A stretch of 24,362 bases of DNA from Promethearchaeota archaeon (GTDB lineage: Archaea; Asgardarchaeota; Lokiarchaeia; Sigyniarchaeales; SOKP01), in the NCBI GenBank assembly GCA_048941265.1, contig JBHLNT010000056.1, forward strand, positions 1 through 24,362, read 5' to 3'. The first letter of the stretch is position 1, and each line of letters opens with the position of its first letter. A program made the position numbers and the translations under genes. The notes beneath the pieces are model-generated. The model was not told the DNA's origin, did no database searches, and saw nothing but the letters and a program-made list of their open reading frames with translations. This document shows, piece by piece, positions 9,334 through 18,511 of this stretch.

Positions 9334-9432
9334 ATTTTTTCCACTTTTTTAATCTCGGACTTTTTAAAAAGCCATAATTATTGATAATGAGTATATCTAT
9401 TCCTAATTTTATAAATATTTCTTTAAATTTCT

Positions 9433-9452
9433 TAAAATTTCATGAAATTTTA
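9433..9452. repeat. Perfect 20-bp palindrome TAAAATTTCATGAAATTTTA
   Basis: Arms 9433-9442 and 9443-9452 are exact reverse complements; lies just upstream of the putative TATA box of paralog 1. Confidence 0.6.
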
Positions 9453-9531
9453 TAGTTCTTTAAAATTAGTGCCCAATTTAAATAGAAATATCTATGATTA
9501 ATAGAAAGGTTAAATTTAGAAAGCAAATTCA

Positions 9532-10398
9532 TTATAAAATTTGCTCTAATTCTTTATCAGTTACAAATCCTTTTAAATCCATTAATTCTTTAATTCTTCT
9601 AAAAACCTCACTTTCATTTTCGCGTGGTATTGGAAAATCTTTGACATTAGACATTTGACCATATAATTCATTAATGTTATTATTTAATTCTTCTATTTGA
9701 TCAATCTTTTTTTCGAGATCTTTCTCAAGTTTAGCAATTATGCTGTCCTTAGTTAAAATGGTGTGATCTAAATCCTTTTTATTAATTTCAATTTGTTTAT
9801 TCTTTAGTTCTAGCTCCTCTTTTTGTTTATCTAGGTCATTTTTAAAACGATTAACGTCTAAATTTCTTGTCTCTACAGCTTGTTCCAGCTCTTTCTTTAA
9901 TATTCCAATTTCTCTTTTGGTACTTTCTAAATCAGACCTAAGATATTCGATTTGGTTCTCTTTCCCTGAAGAGTTCTGATTGAATTGACTTTTGATTTTT
10001 TCAATTTCTTTAATAGCTTTTTCTAAATTAAATTTAACTCTCATTAATTCATTATCCTTGTTTACGATTTTTTGTTCCAGTTCTGAAATTCTGTCTAAAG
10101 ATATATCAGTTCTCTCTTTTTTTTCTGTAACTTTTGTCTCAGCCATACGTAATTTCTTTTTCAAATCTGAAATAATCTCATTCATATTTTTTTCAGAAGC
10201 TATGAACTTTCCGGTAAGTTGGTTAAAACTTTGCTCGGTGATTGTTAATTTTTCTTTTGCTTGTTCTATTTCTTTAGTTCTTTGAGATAAATCATGTTCT
10301 AAATCATAAATTTTAGTTCTTAAATCTAAAAGAAATTTTCCCTCCACTTTTTGCCTTCTATTAGGTTTTATAGTTGCTAATTCCCAATCTATTCTCAT
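9532..10398 (-). CDS. Coiled-coil protein, paralog 2 (ATG start)
   Basis: Head MRIDWELATIKPNRRQKVEGKFLLDLRTKIYDLE; tail IKELMDLKGFVTDKELEQIL; AGGAGA SD-like site upstream. Confidence 0.88.
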   Translation of the reverse strand: MRIDWELATIKPNRRQKVEGKFLLDLRTKIYDLEHDLSQRTKEIEQAKEKLTITEQSFNQLTGKFIASEKNMNEIISDLKKKLRMAETKVTEKKERTDISLDRISELEQKIVNKDNELMRVKFNLEKAIKEIEKIKSQFNQNSSGKENQIEYLRSDLESTKREIGILKKELEQAVETRNLDVNRFKNDLDKQKEELELKNKQIEINKKDLDHTILTKDSIIAKLEKDLEKKIDQIEELNNNINELYGQMSNVKDFPIPRENESEVFRRIKELMDLKGFVTDKELEQIL

Positions 10399-10606
10399 AC
10401 TTTTTTTATCTCCTTTAGGTATTCTCGATAAATTATTATTAATATGAACCCTTGTTATTAGGTTATCACATTAGTTTAATAAATATATCTGTTCTAATAT
10501 AATAGAAATTCTTACTTTCGTATAAAAATTTTACTTATAAATATCGTGTCTTAATATTTTTACACACAAAAAAGAAGTCTTACTCGATAAGTATAAAATA
10601 GTTTTT

Positions 10607-11389
10607 TTAGTAATTCAATTGTAATTGGTCTTTTTCTATTTTCTCTTTTAAATGTTCGAACTCTTTATCAGATATAAATCCTTTAAGATGCATCAGCTTA
10701 TCAATCTTTTTAATGAGTTTTGAAGATAATTGAATTTCATCAGAAATTTTTAACTCAAGCACTTTAAAATTATTAGTTATCTCATTTATTTGCTTTGTTT
10801 TAGCCTCAAATTCATTTTCAAGCTTTTGAATTTCTAAATCCTTTTTATGGATTAGATTTTCGTTAGTTTCAAGTTGCCTTTTGATTTTTTTTAAGATTTC
10901 ATTTGTTTTTTCTATTTCTAAATCTTTATTTAAAAGTTGTTGCAAAAAATCTTTCTTATCAATTTCCTTTTGTTTATTCATTTGTTCAATTATTTTTTTT
11001 AAATGAGCAATATCCTTATCCTTTTCTAAGAATTGAATTTCAAGCTTTTTAAGATTATTAATTTGTTTATTTCTCTGCTCTATATCTATTTTTAGAATTC
11101 CAATTTCTTTATCTCTGTTTAAAATCGTCTTTTCTAAAAACTTTATTTTATCATTTAATGCTTTATCTCGAATTTCAAACTCTTTATTTCTTTTTTCGAC
11201 CTTATTTAACCCGAATTCTACGTCTGTTGTAGCAGATATTATTCGATCATTCAAATCCTTGATCTCTTTTCTTTTTTGAGCAAGATTTTTCTCCAAATCA
11301 TTTATTTTAGCCCTTAAATCCAAAAGATCACTTCCTAATACTTTATGTTTTGATTTTGGGTTTGACTGGGCTTTAGACCAATCGATTAT
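10607..11389 (-). CDS. Coiled-coil protein, paralog 3; true start probably a non-canonical ATA (11389) or GTA (11392), ~260 aa
   Basis: The frame stays open upstream of the track's TTG (11323) and encodes the family head (V)IIDWSKAQSNPKSKHKVLGSDLLDLRAKINDLE, bounded by an in-frame TAA at 11393-11395. SD-like AGGTGG at 11396-11401. Tail IDKLMHLKGFISDKEFEHL. Confidence 0.8.
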   Translation of the reverse strand: MIDWSKAQSNPKSKHKVLGSDLLDLRAKINDLEKNLAQKRKEIKDLNDRIISATTDVEFGLNKVEKRNKEFEIRDKALNDKIKFLEKTILNRDKEIGILKIDIEQRNKQINNLKKLEIQFLEKDKDIAHLKKIIEQMNKQKEIDKKDFLQQLLNKDLEIEKTNEILKKIKRQLETNENLIHKKDLEIQKLENEFEAKTKQINEITNNFKVLELKISDEIQLSSKLIKKIDKLMHLKGFISDKEFEHLKEKIEKDQLQLNY

Positions 11390-11765
11390 TACTTACCACC
11401 TATATGACTAATAATTTGTTATTGTCCTTGTAATCTAATAAAGTTTATTCAAAAATTTCAAGTGATTGTTGATCCACAATTTATATTAGATTTTAAGATA
11501 TATATTAGTTTAAATTTTATCTTATATTATGACAACTTTTTCACTTTTTTGAAATATGGCTTTTTATTTTTTTATAAGACGGAGGAGGACCAGTTCTTAT
11601 TTCTTTACTGTCAATAAATGAAGCATCTTTAATTCCCCACTTTAAAAATATAAAAGAAGATATTTCAATAAGATTTTGATTCTTTTATCACTTAAATTTT
11701 AATTAAAAGTTTTTAACAGCCAAAATTTACATTTTATATTGGAGTGAGTTTTAATTAAAACTAAT

Positions 11766-13193
11766 ATGGAAGAAAAAGGACTAATATTTACAATCAGTGG
11801 AATCCGTGGAATTGTAGGAGAGAATTTGAATGCTGAAGTAGTAAGAAGGATTGCTTTAGCATATGGTTTATGGCTCAAAAGTGATGATAAAACAGTTATA
11901 GTTGGAAGAGACACTAGACCAAGCGGTCAAAACCTTAAAGCATCAATATTTGATGGATTGAATCATGCTAATTGTAAAATTATTAATTTGGGAGTTTGTC
12001 CCACGCCTATTATTATATATATGAAAAATAAGCTTCATGCTTCTGGCGGAATTATCATCTCAGGCTCACATAATCCTCCTGAATGGAATGGATTAAAATT
12101 ACTTTCTACAAAAACGTTCTTAAATAAGTTAGAAGTAGAAGAAATTTCCAAAATTCTGTCTAATAACCAATTAGATCATTATTTTAAAAGTGCTTCTTAT
12201 CAGCCAAAAGTGTCTAAAAACTTAACTGCATTTAATGAATATATTCAAGGGCTCAGAAGTATAATTAATTTTGAAAGAATAAGGAGCAATAATAGTTTAA
12301 AAGTTGGTCTTGATACTGGAGCAGGAGCCGGAAAAGTAGTTACTCCTAAAATCTTAGAGGAACTTGGATGTGAAGTTAAATTAATTAACAATAATTTCAG
12401 AAATAATAAGTTTCCCAGGGAAATAGAACCAATCGAAAGTAATTTAAAAGATTTAATCAAAAAAGTTTTAAAAGACGAGCTTGATGTCGGTTTTGCCCAC
12501 GATTGCGATGCTGATCGGATTGCAATTATCGGAGATGATGGAACTTGTTATCCAGAAGATATAGGATTGGCTATTATAGCTGATTATAGTTTTAAACAAT
12601 ATCATAAAGCCGGAAAGAATGCAATATTCGTGACAAATCTAGCTTCCTCCTTAATATTTAATGCTCTCGCAGAAAAATACAATGTGAAGGTTATTCGAAC
12701 TCCCGTGGGTGAAAGGTTTCTTGCTGAAAAAATGGAAAATTTACTTAAGGAAGAAGTTTCTTCAACTATAGTTTTTGGAGGAGAGGGATCTTGCGGAGGA
12801 ATAATGATTCCGCAATTTAATAATACAAGAGATGGGATTTTTGCTGCCGCTAAAATAATAGAGATTTTAGTAGAAAAAAATATAAAAATCTCAAAATTAG
12901 TTGCTAAACTCCCTAAGTTTTATACCTTTAGAGAATATATTAATGCTGAAGGTAAGAATCTGGAACAGTTGATAAATAAATTGAAAATTGATTTAATCTC
13001 AGATGGAGAAAATGTAAATCAGATTGATATGGATTTGAAGTTTGATCATGGAAGGGATTGGTTTGTGTTAATTCATCCTTCGAATACAGAACCAATTATA
13101 CGAGTCATTAGCGAGGCAAATAATGAAAAAAATGCAAAGGACAAATTAGCAATCACATCAGAGCGAGTAAAATCCATTCTGTCAAGAATATAA
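11766..13193 (+). CDS. Alpha-D-phosphohexomutase (phosphoglucosamine mutase / PMM-PGM family)
   Basis: SGIRG, GRDTR, catalytic SGSHNP, metal loop DCDADR, TPVGE, GGEGS, RDG and PSNTEPIIRV motifs. Confidence 0.92.
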   Translation: MEEKGLIFTISGIRGIVGENLNAEVVRRIALAYGLWLKSDDKTVIVGRDTRPSGQNLKASIFDGLNHANCKIINLGVCPTPIIIYMKNKLHASGGIIISGSHNPPEWNGLKLLSTKTFLNKLEVEEISKILSNNQLDHYFKSASYQPKVSKNLTAFNEYIQGLRSIINFERIRSNNSLKVGLDTGAGAGKVVTPKILEELGCEVKLINNNFRNNKFPREIEPIESNLKDLIKKVLKDELDVGFAHDCDADRIAIIGDDGTCYPEDIGLAIIADYSFKQYHKAGKNAIFVTNLASSLIFNALAEKYNVKVIRTPVGERFLAEKMENLLKEEVSSTIVFGGEGSCGGIMIPQFNNTRDGIFAAAKIIEILVEKNIKISKLVAKLPKFYTFREYINAEGKNLEQLINKLKIDLISDGENVNQIDMDLKFDHGRDWFVLIHPSNTEPIIRVISEANNEKNAKDKLAITSERVKSILSRI

Positions 13194-13217
13194 TAAGTAT
13201 ATTTATATAATAAGATT

Positions 13218-14234
13218 TTATAACATATCCAGTATGGGACTATTTTCTATTTTGTATTTAATTAAGGCTAAGGCACCTCTAAGGCCAATATCTTCTCTAT
13301 ATCTTGTTGCTTTCAACTTCGGAGGATGGTTTATAGTAAATATAATCGGATTCTTTTCAAATTGTTCAATTATAGGAGGTAATATTTGGTCTTTATCTTT
13401 CATCATCGCTCCACCAAAATATATTGCAGTGCAATCATAAAAGTTATTTACTAAGCCAATACCTACCTTCATATAAAAAATAAATTGATTAATCATTTTT
13501 TCAGAAAGCTCATCTCCTTCTCTGGCTGCTTGGAATACTTCTTTTGCTGTAATTTTTGAAGTATCATTATCTACTATTTTCATCAAGATATCACAATTTA
13601 AATCGCCTTTTTCAATTTCTTCTAATGTTCTCCTCATTACTCCTGTTCCTGAGCTAAATACCTCCCAACACCCATAGGCTCCGCAATTACACTGAAGGAT
13701 ACTCTTTGGTTCTACCAAGCCATGACCCACTTCAGCTGCATTTCCGTCTTTACCTATTAATAAATGCCCGTTCACTATTGCTCCCCCTCCAATTCCCGTT
13801 GAAACGGTAATATACACTAAATTCTCCTTCTCATCCTCGTTAGCCTCAAAATAATGGACACCTAATACTGCTGCATTACAGTCGTTAATCAAGTAAGTTG
13901 GAATATCTGGGAATTGATCTTGAATAGGTTGTTTTAGAGGTATTTCTCTGAATCCGAGATTGGCATTATTAAATACCTCACCGGTTTCCATATCTATGGG
14001 GCCAGCACAGGCTAATCCTATTCCTATGATTTGATCCTTAGTCAAGTTATTCTCCTTTAAAAATTCAGATATCAGTTTAGAGACTATATTACTAATCGAA
14101 AATTTATTTGCTTTTGGTGTAGTGACAACTTTTGTTTTGATATTTTCTTCTCTTAAATCTTGTTTAGAAATTGCCACGCGAATCCAAGTACCTCCAATAT
14201 CAACTCCAATAATATTTTTTTGATTTTGGTCCAT
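13218..14234 (-). CDS. ROK family sugar kinase (glucokinase/GlcNAc kinase-like)
   Basis: VDIGGT ATP motif, NDCNAA, VSTGIGGG, AEVGH and Zn motif CNCGAYGCWE; no N-terminal HTH, so a kinase rather than a repressor. Confidence 0.92.
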   Translation of the reverse strand: MDQNQKNIIGVDIGGTWIRVAISKQDLREENIKTKVVTTPKANKFSISNIVSKLISEFLKENNLTKDQIIGIGLACAGPIDMETGEVFNNANLGFREIPLKQPIQDQFPDIPTYLINDCNAAVLGVHYFEANEDEKENLVYITVSTGIGGGAIVNGHLLIGKDGNAAEVGHGLVEPKSILQCNCGAYGCWEVFSSGTGVMRRTLEEIEKGDLNCDILMKIVDNDTSKITAKEVFQAAREGDELSEKMINQFIFYMKVGIGLVNNFYDCTAIYFGGAMMKDKDQILPPIIEQFEKNPIIFTINHPPKLKATRYREDIGLRGALALIKYKIENSPILDML

Positions 14235-14283
14235 ATTATCCCCTTCGATTAAATTAACTCAATTTATCATTCAATTAAACTTT

Positions 14284-15030
14284 TTATACTAATAAAATAC
14301 GTAAGGGAGTATAAGTCGTCTCAGGTATATATGCCTCTCCATATTTAGAATTTATCTCATTCCCCCTTAAAGTAGCAGTATCTTCTGCCCAATCCATAAC
14401 ACGTTCTAATACTTCTTTTTGGGATGTGTAGACATGTTCAAATATCTCCTTTTTTGTGACCCAATATTTTTTGATATCCACTACCACAAAAACAGAACCT
14501 TCAATATATTGAAACTTGCATGAGGGTGACTCATAATAATACACTCCTAAAGGCGTCCAGCTCCTCTCATGACCGCCATAGGCTTTTCCAGTAGCACAAT
14601 GATAAATGGCCTCCCGTGTAATTAATGATAAATTTCGGTGAACACGATGAAAATCGGTAAGATGCGGCAATAGAATCACCTGTGGCTTGTGATCACGGAT
14701 TAAATTAGTTATTTTAGATATTTTTTTTCTGGTTATATCGATATCTGAATACCCTAGTTCAATAAATTCACATTCTAATACCTCAGAAACTCGCTTTAAT
14801 TCATTTTCTCTTTGTTCTATTATTGAATCTTTATGTTCCTTTATAGCATAACCCCCAAGACCTGTAGTTGCTACCACCACAATAATTTTACAACCTAATT
14901 TTTGGTACTTGAGAATAGTTCCTCCACATGAAATCAATTCATCATCGGGATGTCCTGCAAAGACCATCATTCTTTTAGGAACAACAATAGGTAGTTCATC
15001 TTCGCATATAAGATAGTGTTTTTCTGTCAT
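14284..15030 (-). CDS. PIG-L/LmbE family de-N-acetylase
   Basis: FAGHPDDELISCGGT, R..E motif (QRENE), HxxH (HRVH), YTSQ and RG..YGEAY; co-oriented 49 nt upstream of the ROK kinase. Confidence 0.88.
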   Translation of the reverse strand: MTEKHYLICEDELPIVVPKRMMVFAGHPDDELISCGGTILKYQKLGCKIIVVVATTGLGGYAIKEHKDSIIEQRENELKRVSEVLECEFIELGYSDIDITRKKISKITNLIRDHKPQVILLPHLTDFHRVHRNLSLITREAIYHCATGKAYGGHERSWTPLGVYYYESPSCKFQYIEGSVFVVVDIKKYWVTKKEIFEHVYTSQKEVLERVMDWAEDTATLRGNEINSKYGEAYIPETTYTPLRILLV

Positions 15031-15120
15031 CTAATATAGCATCCGTATTAAAATATTTAAAATTTTATCGAGTTCTTAAAATTCTTATTTTTTATTAAAT
15101 TTGACGTAAATTAAGAATTA

Positions 15121-15681
15121 TTATTTTCTTTTTATAAAAAGATAGAGATTCTCTTTTTTGTTTGATAATTCAAAAAGCCCTCCCTCTGTGATTTTTGAGA
15201 TAATTTCGTCTTCTTCCATATGATGGTCATCTAAAGCAAGAATTGAATCAGGTTGCAACACTCGGTGAAATTCTTTCAAGAGACTTTCTTTATCATCTAC
15301 ATTGTGAATAGTATCAAAACACAATATTACATCTATACTATTATCTCCTAATCCGGTATTGCAATCTGTCAAAATCGTCTCTATATTGGATAAACCTTTT
15401 TTCAATGTAGCTTTTTTTATTTTTTTAATAGCGAGAGGATTGATATCAGCAGCGTAGACTTTTCCAGAAGAACCCACTACTTCAGCTGCCGCTATTGCAA
15501 AGCTTCCAGGACCACAACCATAATCAAGTACTTTATTACCTTGTTTAATATTAGCTTTTTCAATCTTTATCATTGGCGACTTGAAAATATCGCGAATTTT
15601 AAAGAAAAACGACATGAATCTAAAATCTATATTTGATTGGGTTTTTTTGGGCTTTTTTGTACCCTTCTCTTGCGAATTCAT
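15121..15681 (-). CDS. Class I SAM-dependent methyltransferase
   Basis: VLDYGCGPG motif I, VYAADIN, DNSIDVILCFDTIH, EFHRVLQP. Confidence 0.9.
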   Translation of the reverse strand: MNSQEKGTKKPKKTQSNIDFRFMSFFFKIRDIFKSPMIKIEKANIKQGNKVLDYGCGPGSFAIAAAEVVGSSGKVYAADINPLAIKKIKKATLKKGLSNIETILTDCNTGLGDNSIDVILCFDTIHNVDDKESLLKEFHRVLQPDSILALDDHHMEEDEIISKITEGGLFELSNKKENLYLFIKRK

Positions 15682-16000
15682 ATATCTCTCACCAAAAATA
15701 TATTATAGTTCTCTATAATATGGAATTATTATTAATTTATATTGAAAATATTTTGCCCTACACATATTATTTTTTGATAAAAAACAAACAAGAATAAATT
15801 TAATATATTGCATACGTATAATTATAAAAGTTATTTCTTCAGGTAAAATAAATCCCATATATATAAATTTTTAGGAAATCAATTCAAGTATTTACCTAAT
15901 CAGATAGATCACGCTATTTGATTTTTTGGTCATGTTAATAATTCCATTGTGTTTTTAAACATTAAAATAAGAAAAAGTAAATAAAAGGAAAAAAATTCCC

Positions 16001-17038
16001 TTATTCAATTTCTTTCGGTTCTTCGCGGGGTAATCTTTCTTTCATATTTAAAAGAGGTCTGAATTTTTTATGAGGCTCCGTTTGATACCAGTAAGCTGTT
16101 GTAGACCAATCATCTGAACGCTGGTTGGCATGACCATGTTCAATCTTTACTTTTATATTTTTATGAAAATATATAGGATCTTCTATATGGTATCTGTAAT
16201 AAGTTATTTTTCCACTCCAATTTTTGCCTCCAGGTAAAGGTATTCCGAAATATGGTGAACAATAATACTCAGAAGGACACCAAGATGTGCAAAAATAGTC
16301 TTCGGTCCCAGTTCCATATAAGATGATTTCTCCATCGTCTATCTCAATGTAATCATCACCCTCTCCCGGCCAATTATGTTTAGGCGTCACCTTTAGATTG
16401 TGGATATCTACATGACAACCTACATAATGTCCCTCTCCTTCCGCTTCAAATAATAGATAATCGTTTTCATGTGTTGGATTTTTTCTATAGAATGGTTCTC
16501 GATTGCTACCCTTACAAGGATTTTCTCTATGCCATTTTACATGAAATCTGCCATAATCGTCATCTAACTCTTTATATTCTTCAAAATCAATATAATAATA
16601 CCAGACTATTTCGACTTCAGTTTCATTTTCAACTTCGATTTTCGCTCCTTTCGAAAAAGGCATTGGAAAAAAACAATTAAAACCTTTACCATCTTGGGGA
16701 CCCATTGAAAGTGGCAGACTCCAGTAATTAACTGCCTTTGCATGACCTACTCCAAAAAAATCACCGATCGGACATTCAACAGAAGGTTCTACCTCACCGT
16801 CCCACCACATTCGAATTACTGCTTTCCGCAAATAAAAAGGATCTGAGCATGCCAATGTCATCCAAATATGCCTAATTATACCAGCCTGATTGATATCGAA
16901 AATGACATGCTTTTGTTTGGATCTTATCAAATTAAAGTCTGCATTTGCTCCTGTTGGGTCATAGCTTGAAATTCTTTTCCTTTTTACATCTTTTCTAATT
17001 TTAGCAAGATTATTTAGTAAATTAAAACCTATACTCAT
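16001..17038 (-). CDS. Glycoside hydrolase family 172 (DUF2961) protein
   Basis: SSYDPTGANAD, IRHIWMT, WWDGEVEPSVECPIGDFFG, FPMPF, WPGEGDD, GTGTEDYF, YRYHIEDPIYF, IEHGHAN and AYWYQ motifs; no signal peptide. Confidence 0.88.
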   Translation of the reverse strand: MSIGFNLLNNLAKIRKDVKRKRISSYDPTGANADFNLIRSKQKHVIFDINQAGIIRHIWMTLACSDPFYLRKAVIRMWWDGEVEPSVECPIGDFFGVGHAKAVNYWSLPLSMGPQDGKGFNCFFPMPFSKGAKIEVENETEVEIVWYYYIDFEEYKELDDDYGRFHVKWHRENPCKGSNREPFYRKNPTHENDYLLFEAEGEGHYVGCHVDIHNLKVTPKHNWPGEGDDYIEIDDGEIILYGTGTEDYFCTSWCPSEYYCSPYFGIPLPGGKNWSGKITYYRYHIEDPIYFHKNIKVKIEHGHANQRSDDWSTTAYWYQTEPHKKFRPLLNMKERLPREEPKEIE

Positions 17039-17404
17039 AGTAATATTCCCCTAATTATTTTATTAAGTAAATTTTAGAACTAATTTAATTTTTTCATTGT
17101 AAGGTGATACTTTAAAAAATTAAAATTCTAAAAAAAAAATTTTAATTAAGGAATCTAAACAGCTATAATCTAAGTTCTTTAAGTTTTTGTTTATTAGGAA
17201 TATCCCGTACAAGATTGCTAAGCAATTTTTCTGTCATAGTGGTTAATTATAGATTTACGATATTAATTTTTATTATTTTTGAAAATTTAATAAATTAAGA
17301 GTTTTTGATTATAAGTTTTTAACAAAAACGTTGAAAAGTTGAGATTTAATCTAATATTAAGTTTAATCTGAAAAATAATAGAATAATGAGATTCTCTTTA
17401 ATAT

Positions 17405-17956
17405 TCAGAAGTTCACTTGCCCCAGTTTATTTTCTATTTTTTTCATTAACTGATAAAATTCTTTATCAGAAAGAAAACCCTTATGCAACATAATCTCCTC
17501 AATTCTCTTAATAAGTTTGGGAGCTGTAACAGATTTATTTAACTCATTATTAAGTCTTTCAATTTCATTTTTTAAGCTTTCTATTTCAGAAATTCTTTTT
17601 TCAAAATCATCTTCAAGTTTTTCAATAACCTTATTTCTGTTTAAAATAGTGCTTTCTAATTCAGAATTTTTGTCTTTAACTGCAATCAATTTACCCTCAA
17701 TTTCGGAAACTTGTATATTAGCCTTAGATAATTTAATTGTTAAATCTGATTTAGATAAGCTTAAAGTTCGAAGTGAATCTTCTAATCCTTTATTTGTCAT
17801 AGATGTCTTTTCTCTAACATCTAATATTTCCCTCTTTTTTGCAGCAAATTCCTTTTCTAAATAATTTATTTTTCCACGCAGATCTAACAAAAATCTTCCC
17901 ATAACTTTATATTTTTTATCAGGATTTTTTTCACATTTTGCCCAATTAACACTCAA
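17405..17956 (-). CDS. Coiled-coil protein, paralog 4 (TTG start, shortest rod)
   Basis: Head MSVNWAKCEKNPDKKYKVMGRFLLDLRGKINYLE; tail IEEIMLHKGFLSDKEFYQL; GAGGTGA SD at ~17963-17969. Confidence 0.88.
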   Translation of the reverse strand: MSVNWAKCEKNPDKKYKVMGRFLLDLRGKINYLEKEFAAKKREILDVREKTSMTNKGLEDSLRTLSLSKSDLTIKLSKANIQVSEIEGKLIAVKDKNSELESTILNRNKVIEKLEDDFEKRISEIESLKNEIERLNNELNKSVTAPKLIKRIEEIMLHKGFLSDKEFYQLMKKIENKLGQVNF

Positions 17957-18511
17957 ACCTTTTCACCTCATTAACCTCGAGAAATAAAACCCATTGAATT
18001 ATTAGATATATTGATGTCTTTTTTATAAATGTTTTTCAACTTGATATGGTTTGTTCACAATTTAAATTATTTATATCAATTTAGCTCTTAAAATAATATT
18101 AATAACCTTTTTGTTTAATTATTGTATGTATAAGCCAGGATATAGAGAGGAACATGGAGCAATCTTTATGTTAAAATTAAAGGTTGGATTATACTTTATT
18201 GTCAATATAAAAAAAAGAAAAATTGTCAAAAATTTTACCTATCAATATTAAATACCTGTTTTTTTATATACATCTTAGAAACCCACTTTAATATTAATAC
18301 TATATAGATGAAGAAAGATTTAGAATAAGTTAAAAACCATCTCCCAAATATAAAAATGAAATGTGATCAATTTTATTATGATAAATTGAACACAAATTAT
18401 TTTTTAGAGATTGATAATAAGAACGTGTGAAACACTATTTTATTAAGAATAACATTTTTACGAAGCGATTTCTTATTTATCCTAATCTTATAACTAACAA
18501 GAATAGAACTA

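Noticed and set aside
8647-11389. Coiled-coil genes as fragments of a split SMC/Rad50, or as ESCRT-III/PspA
   Set aside because: No Walker A/B, hinge or signature motifs. Each gene is complete with its own homologous head and tail, and the variable repeat-built rods do not fit the fixed ESCRT-III/PspA fold.
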